DNA of 64,000 nucleotides. Source: a virus. Under the pieces are notes generated by a model. That model was not told the DNA's origin, made no database searches, and saw nothing but the letters and a program-made list of their open reading frames with translations. The first letter of the stretch is position 1. Each line of letters begins with the position of its first letter. Below are positions 55,945-64,000 of the stretch, one piece after another. The stretch is from positions 32,001-96,000 of the IMG/VR virus record IMGVR_UViG_3300024264_000011. The stretch is one strand, 5' to 3'. The translations under genes were made by a program, and so were the position numbers.

Positions 55945-58688
55945 TATATCCTATTAAGTACTAAAGTTTCTGAAAGACCTGATGTATTATTTAGATCCAT
56001 ACTTGTAGCGTTCATAACATTATAGTTATCTCCACGTTTAATTGTCGCGATAATTGATTGATTATTGGTTTGTCTTGATTGAAGAGTCTGTGTAATTGAG
56101 AAAGAAGAACTCAATGCAGGCATAGAAGCAGACGATGGTGTTGATGGAGTTATTTGTGCAGCTGGTATTGAATGTGCAGCAGAAGTTAGTGTGTCAGCAG
56201 ATAAAGCAGGCATACCTGCCTTCTGGAACATTGTTGACTTCTGTTCTGGTATTGAATGTGCAGCAGAAGTTAGTGTGTCAGCAGATAAAGCAGGCATACT
56301 TGCCTTCTGGAACATTGTTGACTTCTGTTCTAGTGTTAAAGGTGTAGGAGTAACTCCAGGTGTTGCTGATGCAGTTGCTGATGGTGTAGTTTGTTTCGGA
56401 GACTTTTGCAGGTGTTGCAGTACCTGTTGTGCATAATGATATCTTTCTCCTACCTCTCCATATCCCCAGTATTGATAAGATGCTTTCTCTAATTGTTGAT
56501 CAGTAGAATTTGGATCCATGAAAACTTTATATGCTCCAGGATAATAATTCTTCATTTCCCATAGCATCGCATTAATCTGTTCGCCGTCAGAAGCTTCTTT
56601 AATATTTTTACCTAAATACTTTTCAATCTTACCTAGACGAGCGGGGTCATCAGACCACGATGCCCAGGATACCAAACCGCCATTACGTGATGTACCATCT
56701 CCCAAAACCTGTCCCCAATCACGTTGACCATTCCAAGATGATTCCTGTTGAATATTGCCAGCCAAATATGCAGCGCCCTTATCGGGAACTCCAGCATTTC
56801 TAAGCATTTCAGCACCTTTATTCATGTTACCTGCTTGTCCAGAAACAGATGAGGTAGTTCCTGATGGAGTGTTACCAGCACCACCTCCAGCACCACCGCT
56901 AGCGCCACCACCTCCTCCACCACTAGTTGCTGCCTGAGCTGGTCCACCAAATAAAGATCCAAATATTGATCCACCACCTATCAATAACATTTCACCAATC
57001 TCTTTGAAGACATCCTTACCAAACATTTTGTCGAGATCTTGCTTCTCTTTTTCATTGTTGATCTTATTCGTAATAGTTTCAGCGTTACCTTGTGTCTTTC
57101 CAATATCTTTATCTGCAACAGCTGTTTCCATGCCAAATAATTTCATAGCAGGAGCTAATACACTAATAGCAATTGGTTTTACAAATCTACCAACAGAACC
57201 CATAGCATCAACTACTGCAAATATTGAACCAAGTATATGAGAACCAAGTACCTTGAATGGTAGAGTTAATATCTCTGGTATCTTTGCAACTGGTATTACT
57301 GCCTCAGTACCATGGAGAATTGCAAGGAATCCTTTTTCTGGTCCAGATACTACACCGCCAGAAGCTAACTCAGGAGTATCTTCTTTCTTTTCTTCTTTCT
57401 TACCACCAAATAAACCTTTGACTCCCTTGTAAATTGATACAGCAATCCATTCACCGGCAAAACTTCCGAGTACTCCTCCTGCAGTAGCAGCTGCCTTACC
57501 TAGTAATAAATTACCAATAACTGGTAAAACACTACCAAGTATAGTACCGACAGTTCCTGCTAAAGTTGCACCGAGAGCACTACCCAACAATGCGCCAGCA
57601 GCTCTTACTAAAGCTTCATCAATTGGTGCGCCGAATGCTAGGTCAACTGCAATTCCTATCAGTGGACCTATAGCAGGTATCTTTCTGACAACTTTACCAA
57701 CACTCTTAACAACAGTCTTTGTTACAGCAACCATTCCTTTTGTTATTGCTTTACCGAATACTTTTAGTAATACTCTTTGTATCATTCTACCAAGAGTCTT
57801 TCTAAATGCTTTTCCAGCTAACTTTAATATCCCACCAAAAGAATTCTTTAAACCTTTATCACCAAGTTTAAATATACCTCTGAATATTTTAGTAAATTTT
57901 TTGCCAAATTTAAATATATTTTTTAGATCTTTTAATATTTTAAGTGGATTTAGTAACCATCGCAAACCAACAACACCAAGAACGAGTTTAAAAAACCCAC
58001 CTATTTTTTCTAACATGCTATCGCCGCCAACAAGCTCGGCAAAACCAGTCAGCAAATTATCTACTACACCAGTTACAAACCAATTAAAAAATGATGCAAC
58101 ATGCTTAAAGATAGTAGTGAATGTCTCTACTATCTTTTTATTTTTTGGATCTCCTATCCATGACAAAACATAATACTGTAGAAGATCACCAAGCATACCA
58201 AAGACATTAAAGGATGCCTTAGCAATACCTTTATTGATTGTTTTGCCCATTGGCATTGGACCACTTTCTTTTTTAGTAGTCCTTGTCTTTGGTGTTGGTT
58301 GTACAGAATCTAAGTATTTTTCGTGTAGTCTTTTCTTCTCACTCTTTACTGTTACTAGTTTCTTAAATACAGATTCAACTTCAATAAATTTTTCTCTTAT
58401 CTTAGTGTAATCTCTTTTAGGTTCTGATTCTTTCTTTTCTACCGTACCCTTTTCTGAAGAAACTATCGCACTAGTATCTTGCACCGGCACCGGAGTTATT
58501 CTTACTATACCGCCACCGACTCCTCCATCTCCAGATTTCTGATTACCAGCAACTCCACTACGAAATGCCCCAACATTAATGTTGGACTTCATCTTACCTT
58601 TTTTAAATAAAGATTTTCTTTCCTGGGGAGTTAGGTATTCCCCAGTCTCAGAATCAACACCGTGAGCAATTGCGTTTAAGTCTGACAT
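55944..58688 (-). CDS. Tape-measure/gp29-like protein with phage tail lysozyme domain
   Basis: Long A/G/K/L-rich helical region with hydrophobic segments. The domain GAAYLAGNIQQESSWN...GGLVSW...EQINAMLWEMK...ERYHYAQQV (about 56420-56810) matches the Phage_lysozyme2 pattern. Confidence 0.75.
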   Translation of the reverse strand: MSDLNAIAHGVDSETGEYLTPQERKSLFKKGKMKSNINVGAFRSGVAGNQKSGDGGVGGGIVRITPVPVQDTSAIVSSEKGTVEKKESEPKRDYTKIREKFIEVESVFKKLVTVKSEKKRLHEKYLDSVQPTPKTRTTKKESGPMPMGKTINKGIAKASFNVFGMLGDLLQYYVLSWIGDPKNKKIVETFTTIFKHVASFFNWFVTGVVDNLLTGFAELVGGDSMLEKIGGFFKLVLGVVGLRWLLNPLKILKDLKNIFKFGKKFTKIFRGIFKLGDKGLKNSFGGILKLAGKAFRKTLGRMIQRVLLKVFGKAITKGMVAVTKTVVKSVGKVVRKIPAIGPLIGIAVDLAFGAPIDEALVRAAGALLGSALGATLAGTVGTILGSVLPVIGNLLLGKAAATAGGVLGSFAGEWIAVSIYKGVKGLFGGKKEEKKEDTPELASGGVVSGPEKGFLAILHGTEAVIPVAKIPEILTLPFKVLGSHILGSIFAVVDAMGSVGRFVKPIAISVLAPAMKLFGMETAVADKDIGKTQGNAETITNKINNEKEKQDLDKMFGKDVFKEIGEMLLIGGGSIFGSLFGGPAQAATSGGGGGGASGGAGGGAGNTPSGTTSSVSGQAGNMNKGAEMLRNAGVPDKGAAYLAGNIQQESSWNGQRDWGQVLGDGTSRNGGLVSWASWSDDPARLGKIEKYLGKNIKEASDGEQINAMLWEMKNYYPGAYKVFMDPNSTDQQLEKASYQYWGYGEVGERYHYAQQVLQHLQKSPKQTTPSATASATPGVTPTPLTLEQKSTMFQKASMPALSADTLTSAAHSIPEQKSTMFQKAGMPALSADTLTSAAHSIPAAQITPSTPSSASMPALSSSFSITQTLQSRQTNNQSIIATIKRGDNYNVMNATSMDLNNTSGLSETLVLNRI
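56162..56331. repeat. 84-bp in-frame tandem duplication
   Basis: Two copies encoding EQKSTMFQKA(S/G)MPALSADTLTSAAHSIP, one nucleotide mismatch. Confidence 0.95.
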
Positions 58689-58692
58689 TTAA

Positions 58693-61410
58693 CTAGAGAT
58701 TTGTTTTGAAAACTGCCCATAATCCATTGGCAGGTAAAGTCCCACCAAGAGACTGGGTTGTTTGAGTTGTTGATTGGAATGAAGATTTATCTTGACCTCC
58801 ACCTAAATCAACAATGGTTGGAGTAGCACTAGAAGATGTTTTAGCTGATGATTGTAACTGTAAACTTTCTTGTTGCGTTGATTGTAAAGCACTACCAGAA
58901 GCTGAAGCAGTGGGAACTATACTAGCTGCAGGATTTTTGTTTTGTTTAAGATCTGTTGCAATATTTGGTGCATTAATGTCAGCATTTGGTCTTCTATAAA
59001 TTTTACCTTGACTACCATAATAATTATTATATCCTTGAGGACTAGCTTCCCAACTAAATGATGCTTTACCAGAAGAATTGGAAAGAACATTTCCATTAGC
59101 AAGAACAACTCCAATATGCGCTTGAGGTGGTGTTTTTCTATCATACATGACCATAACATCACCTGGTTGACGTTGATCATATGAAACTTGGGCATAACCA
59201 GTACCAATCATATCTTTTTCAGCTGTAGGTACATATAATGATGAACCCCATGGTGGTGTAATTCCTGCTTTCTCATATACTTTATTAACTGCCCACACGC
59301 AACCATTAGCACCACCATCAGGACCAGAAGCACTAGACATTCCTCTCAAAGATTCAGCGGCCGCTGCGAGACTTGGAGATGGAGATGATGCAGCAGCCAT
59401 TTCAGACCAACCAGTTCCATCTTCATTTTTTTGATAAGACTTTCCAGTTTCAGTATTACTATACTGTGTTACTCCAGCAGCACCTGCATCAGCGTGAGAA
59501 GCAAAGGACTGCATTGGTGGTGAACTACTTCCACCTCCACTAGTAACACCAGATCCACTACTAGGAGATCTCAATGAAGCCTGCGCTGGTGCAGAAATTA
59601 AATTACCCAAGAAATTACCAATACCACCCATCACCTGACCAGCACCACTGAAGAAAGATTGAAATACATTACCCCCACCTTCTTTCTTTGCGATCTCAAC
59701 AGACTCTTTAACGTTCTTAATACTTTCCGAGAACTTTTCTAATAGTTTTTCTTTATCAACCTCTTTTATTTCTCTATCTTCTCTTGTCTGAGTTTTTAAT
59801 TGCGTCAATACATTTGTCGGTACACCGAATGTAGATGCAGCCATTCTTATGATAGGTTCTATAATGTTGCCAACAAATGGAATTTTACTAACAGTTTTTA
59901 ATATCAATCCAACAATGGCAGTACCAATAATTTTAAATGGCGCAACCATCATATCCATGAATGGTTTCATTGCCTTAGTTAAGTTCTCAGATATTCCAGC
60001 TACATCAACTATTTTTTCTAAAGGATGTACAGTTACACTACCCTGAGTAAGTGATTTATCATCAGTACCTTTAGCACCATCTATACCATCAGATCCAGAA
60101 GATCCATCAGTACCTTTAGCACCATCTATACCATCAGATCCAGAAGATCCATCAGATCCAGAAGATCCATCAGTACCTTTAGCACCATTAGCTCCAGCTG
60201 GAGGAGAAACAATACCACCTTCTTTTAATTTTGGCAGTGACTCTGTATCTACTGTCTGTTTATCTCCACCGCCGAACCAATTCATTGGATTCAACATGGA
60301 CATTACACCGCCGCCACCACCTGTTTTCTTTTCTTGTGGTGGTTTTTGTTGAGTCTCTCCTTCCGAAGTAGTAGAAGTTTCTTCAGTTTCTTCTTTACCA
60401 AATCCTAATAATTTTAGTGGATTAAAATTAGATATAATATCACCAACCCATTTACCAAGATTCTCAAACAATCCAAATGTAATAAAGTTTGCTAGAGCCT
60501 TAAAAAGTTCTGGTATAGTTTCAAATAATATTTTTGGTATGTTTAATATATTTTTAAGAAACTCTTCGGGATTAGTTAACCATTTTAGTGTGATTAAATC
60601 CAATAAAGGTGTTAAAAAAGCGCCAAATATTTTCAACGCTGGGCCTATAACAGCAATCATTCTCCCTAACTGACCACCAATAAAACTAAAAACTGCACCA
60701 AAGAATTTTACTGCACCTTGAAAAAATTCTACGATTCTTTGTACATTCTTTTTATTCTTTGGATCGCCAAACCAATCTAATATCTTATATAGAATAAAGT
60801 CTTTTACGAAGTCACTTATTAAACCCCAGATTCCTTTAACTGCCTTTTTAGCACCTTTTACTATAGGACTTTCTGGTTTTTTTCTAGCTCTTCTTACTCT
60901 ATCTTCTTCTTGTTTTTCTTGTTCTGCATCTCTAGATGCTCTTTCTTTCTCTCTTGATGCAGAAAGAATTCTATCCTTTATATTTTTCTGTTCTTCCTCT
61001 TCAATACTTATTATCTGTTCCAGTAAAGATTTTATATTATCTAGAGATGAAATAATTGCCGCATCTCCGTCATCACCACTACTAGATTTTTTTGCTACTA
61101 CTGTTTCACTCTTTGGTGCAGGAACAATTGCTGACGTATTAATGGCAGGAACTAGAGCACCTCCCCTAGGAACAATTGCTCCTCCACCACCACCTTTAAC
61201 TGTACCCGATTCCCCTTCTCTCAATAAGGATTTCATCTTACCTTTTCTACCACCAAGAGTTCTCTTTACAGCACCTCTTGCTGCTCCTCGAACACCTTCT
61301 CTTATACCACCAGTTATTGTCTGTTTAGCAGCACCCATCGCTGCTGCCCTACCTCCGGCGAGAGCCCCTTTAGCAAATATTCCTCCTAGTGCGGCGAGTG
61401 GTGCTGGCAT
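58693..61410 (-). CDS. Tape-measure/gp29-like protein with C-terminal NlpC/P60(CHAP)-like peptidase
   Basis: Start re-called at MPAPLAALGG (61410). Helical body; C-terminal GCVWAVNKVY...QPGDVMVM...AHIGVV provides a Cys/His dyad. Confidence 0.75.
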   Translation of the reverse strand: MPAPLAALGGIFAKGALAGGRAAAMGAAKQTITGGIREGVRGAARGAVKRTLGGRKGKMKSLLREGESGTVKGGGGGAIVPRGGALVPAINTSAIVPAPKSETVVAKKSSSGDDGDAAIISSLDNIKSLLEQIISIEEEEQKNIKDRILSASREKERASRDAEQEKQEEDRVRRARKKPESPIVKGAKKAVKGIWGLISDFVKDFILYKILDWFGDPKNKKNVQRIVEFFQGAVKFFGAVFSFIGGQLGRMIAVIGPALKIFGAFLTPLLDLITLKWLTNPEEFLKNILNIPKILFETIPELFKALANFITFGLFENLGKWVGDIISNFNPLKLLGFGKEETEETSTTSEGETQQKPPQEKKTGGGGGVMSMLNPMNWFGGGDKQTVDTESLPKLKEGGIVSPPAGANGAKGTDGSSGSDGSSGSDGIDGAKGTDGSSGSDGIDGAKGTDDKSLTQGSVTVHPLEKIVDVAGISENLTKAMKPFMDMMVAPFKIIGTAIVGLILKTVSKIPFVGNIIEPIIRMAASTFGVPTNVLTQLKTQTREDREIKEVDKEKLLEKFSESIKNVKESVEIAKKEGGGNVFQSFFSGAGQVMGGIGNFLGNLISAPAQASLRSPSSGSGVTSGGGSSSPPMQSFASHADAGAAGVTQYSNTETGKSYQKNEDGTGWSEMAAASSPSPSLAAAAESLRGMSSASGPDGGANGCVWAVNKVYEKAGITPPWGSSLYVPTAEKDMIGTGYAQVSYDQRQPGDVMVMYDRKTPPQAHIGVVLANGNVLSNSSGKASFSWEASPQGYNNYYGSQGKIYRRPNADINAPNIATDLKQNKNPAASIVPTASASGSALQSTQQESLQLQSSAKTSSSATPTIVDLGGGQDKSSFQSTTQTTQSLGGTLPANGLWAVFKTNL
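60061..60188. repeat. Collagen-like Gly-X-Y minisatellite within the CDS
   Basis: Exact nucleotide repeats encoding GAKGTDGSSGSDGSSGSDGIDGAKGTDGSSGSDGIDGAKGTD. Confidence 0.9.
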
Positions 61411-61411
61411 A

Positions 61412-61594
61412 TTACTGTTGATTCTTTTGACGTTCGTTTTCTTCCTTAATGTATTCAACCAACATCGTCACATAAATCTCTCGTTCCCAAGGAATCATAT
61501 TTTCTAACTCAGTTAAACTGTACTTATGATGTTGCATCATTGCAAAGTTTACTCTGAAGAAATTTTCTAGAGACTCATGTGATAGGGCTACGCG
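61412..61594 (-). CDS. gp51: gp51-like baseplate hub assembly protein; in the -1 frame relative to gp26, first ATG only at 61540
   Basis: Not in the ORF track. Manual translation RVALSHESLENFFRVNFAMMQHHKYSLTELENMIPWEREIYVTMLVEYIKEENERQKNQQ carries the gp51 signature HKYSL-E-ENM-PWER-IY. Confidence 0.85.
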   Translation of the reverse strand, partial: RVALSHESLENFFRVNFAMMQHHKYSLTELENMIPWEREIYVTMLVEYIKEENERQKNQQ

Positions 61595-62304
61595 AAAAAA
61601 CTTGCTAATCCCTCAATAACAACCTCACTTTCAACTTTAGTATTTGGATTTTTTACCGTAACTGTATGTGATAATTTAGGCATGGTCTCGAAGAATTTCT
61701 GGATACTAATGAACTGTTTAGTGTCCATACCCTCAAGAAATTCTAAGATCTCTTTCTTACTAAAGTTTGAAGATTCATATACTTCTTCACCTTCTACAAT
61801 CTGATCAATACACATCGATGCAATTTCAAATACATCATCAACCTCAGACGTAGATTCTTTCATGTTGTTTTTAATAAACAGATCCATACTTGGATACTTC
61901 ATGACAACAGAGACATCATCATTCATTTTAATGATGTTATCATGATCATCAGACTTCTTGACTTGGATGTCATCAAGATCAATAACTACTGGAACTGTTG
62001 ACTCGCCATCATCAGGACAAATAATATTTAACTCAACAGTTTCACCAACAGATTTACCTCTAATGTTTAGAAAAATATACTCAATATCAAATAACGAAAG
62101 AGTATCAACTTTAAATCTAGAAGTCAAAATACAGTTAGAAAGAATTGTCTTCACAGCATTCGCCATCTGTTTTTCATCTTCAGTTTCCATGGCAAGAAGA
62201 AGAATTTTTTCTTCTTTCACTAGGAAAGGTCTATACTTAATCTTTTTACCAGTTGAAGGAACAACCAACTCATATGTAGGCGCAGAAAGCTTTGGTAAAG
62301 GCAT
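61588..62304 (-). CDS. gp26: Baseplate hub assembly protein gp26
   Basis: MPLPKL..PTYEL..PSTGKKIKYRPFLVKEEKILLLA...DIEYIFLNIRGKSVGE...CPDDGE...IEGLASFF. Confidence 0.93.
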   Translation of the reverse strand: MPLPKLSAPTYELVVPSTGKKIKYRPFLVKEEKILLLAMETEDEKQMANAVKTILSNCILTSRFKVDTLSLFDIEYIFLNIRGKSVGETVELNIICPDDGESTVPVVIDLDDIQVKKSDDHDNIIKMNDDVSVVMKYPSMDLFIKNNMKESTSEVDDVFEIASMCIDQIVEGEEVYESSNFSKKEILEFLEGMDTKQFISIQKFFETMPKLSHTVTVKNPNTKVESEVVIEGLASFFA

Positions 62305-62340
62305 AATAACTCCTTATAATATAGGAATACTAACTCAAAT

Positions 62341-62348
62341 TATTTATA
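62341..62348 (-). promoter_or_regulatory. T4-type late promoter
   Basis: TATAAATA upstream of gp26, with SD AAGGAG. Confidence 0.85.
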
Positions 62349-62351
62349 GAC

Positions 62352-63191
62352 CTAGAATAGATTAAAAATGTCAAACGCTCTGTCACCAGTGCCATCATTA
62401 ACTGTGTCTATCCAATTGGTTGCTCTACCAGCGTTAAGAGCCGTAGTTGTATAAGTTTCATATTCAAAACCAACTGATAGTTTAGATAACTCGGAAGTTC
62501 CAGAGTTCAAAGCAATAGAAGAAATATTTGCTGGAAAAGCTTTAAATAACTTGACAGCATAAACTGGTATTGCTTTGTAAAATTTTGATCCTTGAACCGA
62601 AGAAGTAGAATCTGGAATAATATCTCTTAGAGAAAATGAAGGTTTCTCTCTCACATTACTATTCTTATCACTACTCATTGCTCTTTCATATTTTATTATA
62701 GTAATGTCAATTGCATAATCATCTCTATATCTAGTTCTAAATTTATTACGTGTGGAGACATCTCTTAATTGTAAGATATCTGCTATATTATTACCACTAT
62801 TCATATCTAAACTATAACCATAAATCCAGTTAGTCCATACATCAAAGATACTTTTAATAGTAGCATCGGCATCCATGATAAATGAAAATGTTGCTTCACT
62901 AAAAACTGCACCGTATACATACTTCAGAGTAGGAGTATTAGTAACTCTATACTCTGATGTCGATAATTGCAAACCAGGTAGAGTTGCTTCATCAGTATAT
63001 AATCGCATCAAATTGCGATTTGATTTCAAGTCAATTAAATTATTGGCAACTAATTGATTGTGCAATGGTACAGCTTCAGTAATCTCAAATTTAATATCAT
63101 AAAAATTGTTTAGACTGAAACCATATTTTTGAACTGCGCTCTTAAATTCAGCGTAGTTCGACATTTCTTCTTCTATTCCTTTAATACTCAT
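62352..63191 (-). CDS. Tail-tube-fold baseplate protein (gp54-like tube initiator)
   Basis: EATLPG...FSEATFSF...FDVWTNWI...YRDDY..DITI...VKLFKAFP.NISSIAL...LSVGFEYE resembles the gp19/gp48/gp54 fold. Confidence 0.7.
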   Translation of the reverse strand: MSIKGIEEEMSNYAEFKSAVQKYGFSLNNFYDIKFEITEAVPLHNQLVANNLIDLKSNRNLMRLYTDEATLPGLQLSTSEYRVTNTPTLKYVYGAVFSEATFSFIMDADATIKSIFDVWTNWIYGYSLDMNSGNNIADILQLRDVSTRNKFRTRYRDDYAIDITIIKYERAMSSDKNSNVREKPSFSLRDIIPDSTSSVQGSKFYKAIPVYAVKLFKAFPANISSIALNSGTSELSKLSVGFEYETYTTTALNAGRATNWIDTVNDGTGDRAFDIFNLF

Positions 63192-63694
63192 TGAGATGTT
63201 TCTCCCCAGACGGCTGATTTACTGTATTGTTGATACATACCTTTCCTTCTTGAAACAAAATTCTCAACGGGAAGAAAGATAGCTGTTTTATAATCTTCTC
63301 TATTTATTTTGTACATCGGAGTTTCTAATCCTTCGATGACATAATTGTGGTAACACTGTGTAGGAAATCTAACGCTACCTTTTTCAAGACCAAGTATTAC
63401 ATTCATTCTAGATCTGTAACGAAGATAATGTAGGTTAGCACCATAAAATTTAGGTCCGCCACTCAACACATATACTAGAGGAAACTCATCATAGAATTTT
63501 AACTTCCTTGCATACGTTGCCTTATACTCAAAAAGATAAAGATCACCAGCAGAAGGAACCATAGTTTCTTCCATCTGTGTCATGTCTGAATATAAATCAG
63601 ACCGTTGGAAATGCATCCTAACGGCATCCCTATACCAAGAGTAGGACCTTGGTTCTCCTCCTGCTAAATCTGTTATCTCTTGAAAGATACTCAT
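63188..63694 (-). CDS. gp2: DNA end protector protein gp2
   Basis: SWYR...GDLYLFEYKA...LKFYDEFPLV...FYGANLHYL...AIFLPVENF...VW. Confidence 0.88.
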   Translation of the reverse strand: MSIFQEITDLAGGEPRSYSWYRDAVRMHFQRSDLYSDMTQMEETMVPSAGDLYLFEYKATYARKLKFYDEFPLVYVLSGGPKFYGANLHYLRYRSRMNVILGLEKGSVRFPTQCYHNYVIEGLETPMYKINREDYKTAIFLPVENFVSRRKGMYQQYSKSAVWGETSQ

Positions 63695-64000
63695 ACCTTA
63701 AGTTCGTCTTCTGTGATTAACATGAACTTATAATTTCTATCTTCACAAAACTCCTGAGCAGCTTTCCACTTAGCTTGATTTTTTGCGTACTCAGTAACTT
63801 CATTGATGTATCTTTTAGTCACCTTCTTTTGAACCTTGGGTTCTCTAGTTTGTTTTTTTGGTTTCACTTCAATAAGATACTTCTGGATATTGTTGTTAAC
63901 ATCTTGAACTTTAATATAAAAGTCAACAAAGTATCTATGAACTTTACCGTCTAGCGGAGATCTATATGGAATTACAATCTCCTCACTACCCCATTCCAGA
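63691..64000 (-). CDS. gp4: Head completion protein gp4 (TnsA-like nuclease fold), 5' end outside the window
   Basis: Manual translation LEWGSEEIVIPYRSPLDGKVHRYFVDFYIK...YLIEVKPKKQT...YAKNQAKWKAAQEFCEDRNYKFMLITEDELKV. Confidence 0.92.
   Translation of the reverse strand, partial: LEWGSEEIVIPYRSPLDGKVHRYFVDFYIKVQDVNNNIQKYLIEVKPKKQTREPKVQKKVTKRYINEVTEYAKNQAKWKAAQEFCEDRNYKFMLITEDELKV

Noticed and set aside
61411-61458. N-terminal extension MNTLRKKTNVKRINSN of the 921-aa ORF
   Set aside because: It overlaps the gp51 coding frame; the ATG at 61410 just after the gp51 stop is the likelier start.
945-63057. Plus-strand and nested alternate-frame ORFs in the track (e.g. 15224..15979, 14693..15121, 21257..21679, 61958..62365, 38055..38480)
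   Set aside because: They are shadows of well-supported minus-strand genes, with no recognisable motifs or RBS.
63691-64000. TnsA transposase or Tn7-like element
   Set aside because: The sequence and its position next to gp2 match T4 gp4, which shares the fold; no other transposon genes or ends.
1-64000. tRNA or rRNA genes
   Set aside because: No cloverleaf with T-loop/D-loop motifs seen in any intergenic gap; tRNAscan-SE was not run.

Overview
This window is a 64-kb segment of a T4-like cyanomyovirus genome (Kyanoviridae-type). The host is probably a marine Synechococcus/Prochlorococcus, inferred from cp12, sigma70-type early promoters and TATAAATA late promoters. Essentially all real genes are on the minus strand. 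Read right to left, the window contains three blocks. (1) A baseplate/tail block: gp4 (partial), gp2, gp54-like, gp26, gp51, two tape-measure-like proteins carrying cell-wall hydrolase domains, a gp27-like hub, cp12, a gp5 with no recognisable lysozyme domain, a 4900-aa giant virion protein, two long tail-fibre proteins, a glycine-rich adhesin with its partner protein, and two 2OG-Fe(II) oxygenases. (2) A ~17-kb hyperplastic early region (4.45-21.9 kb) of small ORFs, two SF2 helicases, two acidic ArdA-like proteins and many repeated promoter cassettes. (3) A 1414-aa virion protein and a partial PAAR gene. The most striking unexplained element is a ~500-bp non-coding locus (9.66-10.18 kb). It holds six perfect DnaA boxes (five of the cyanobacterial TTTTCCACA type), six 14-bp iteron-like repeats and a consensus sigma70 promoter, which makes it an oriC-like or DnaA-sink element in a T4-like phage. 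The second is a candidate -1 programmed frameshift fusing gp26 to gp51 directly upstream of the tape-measure-like genes. All calls come from reading the sequence by eye; no database searches were run.
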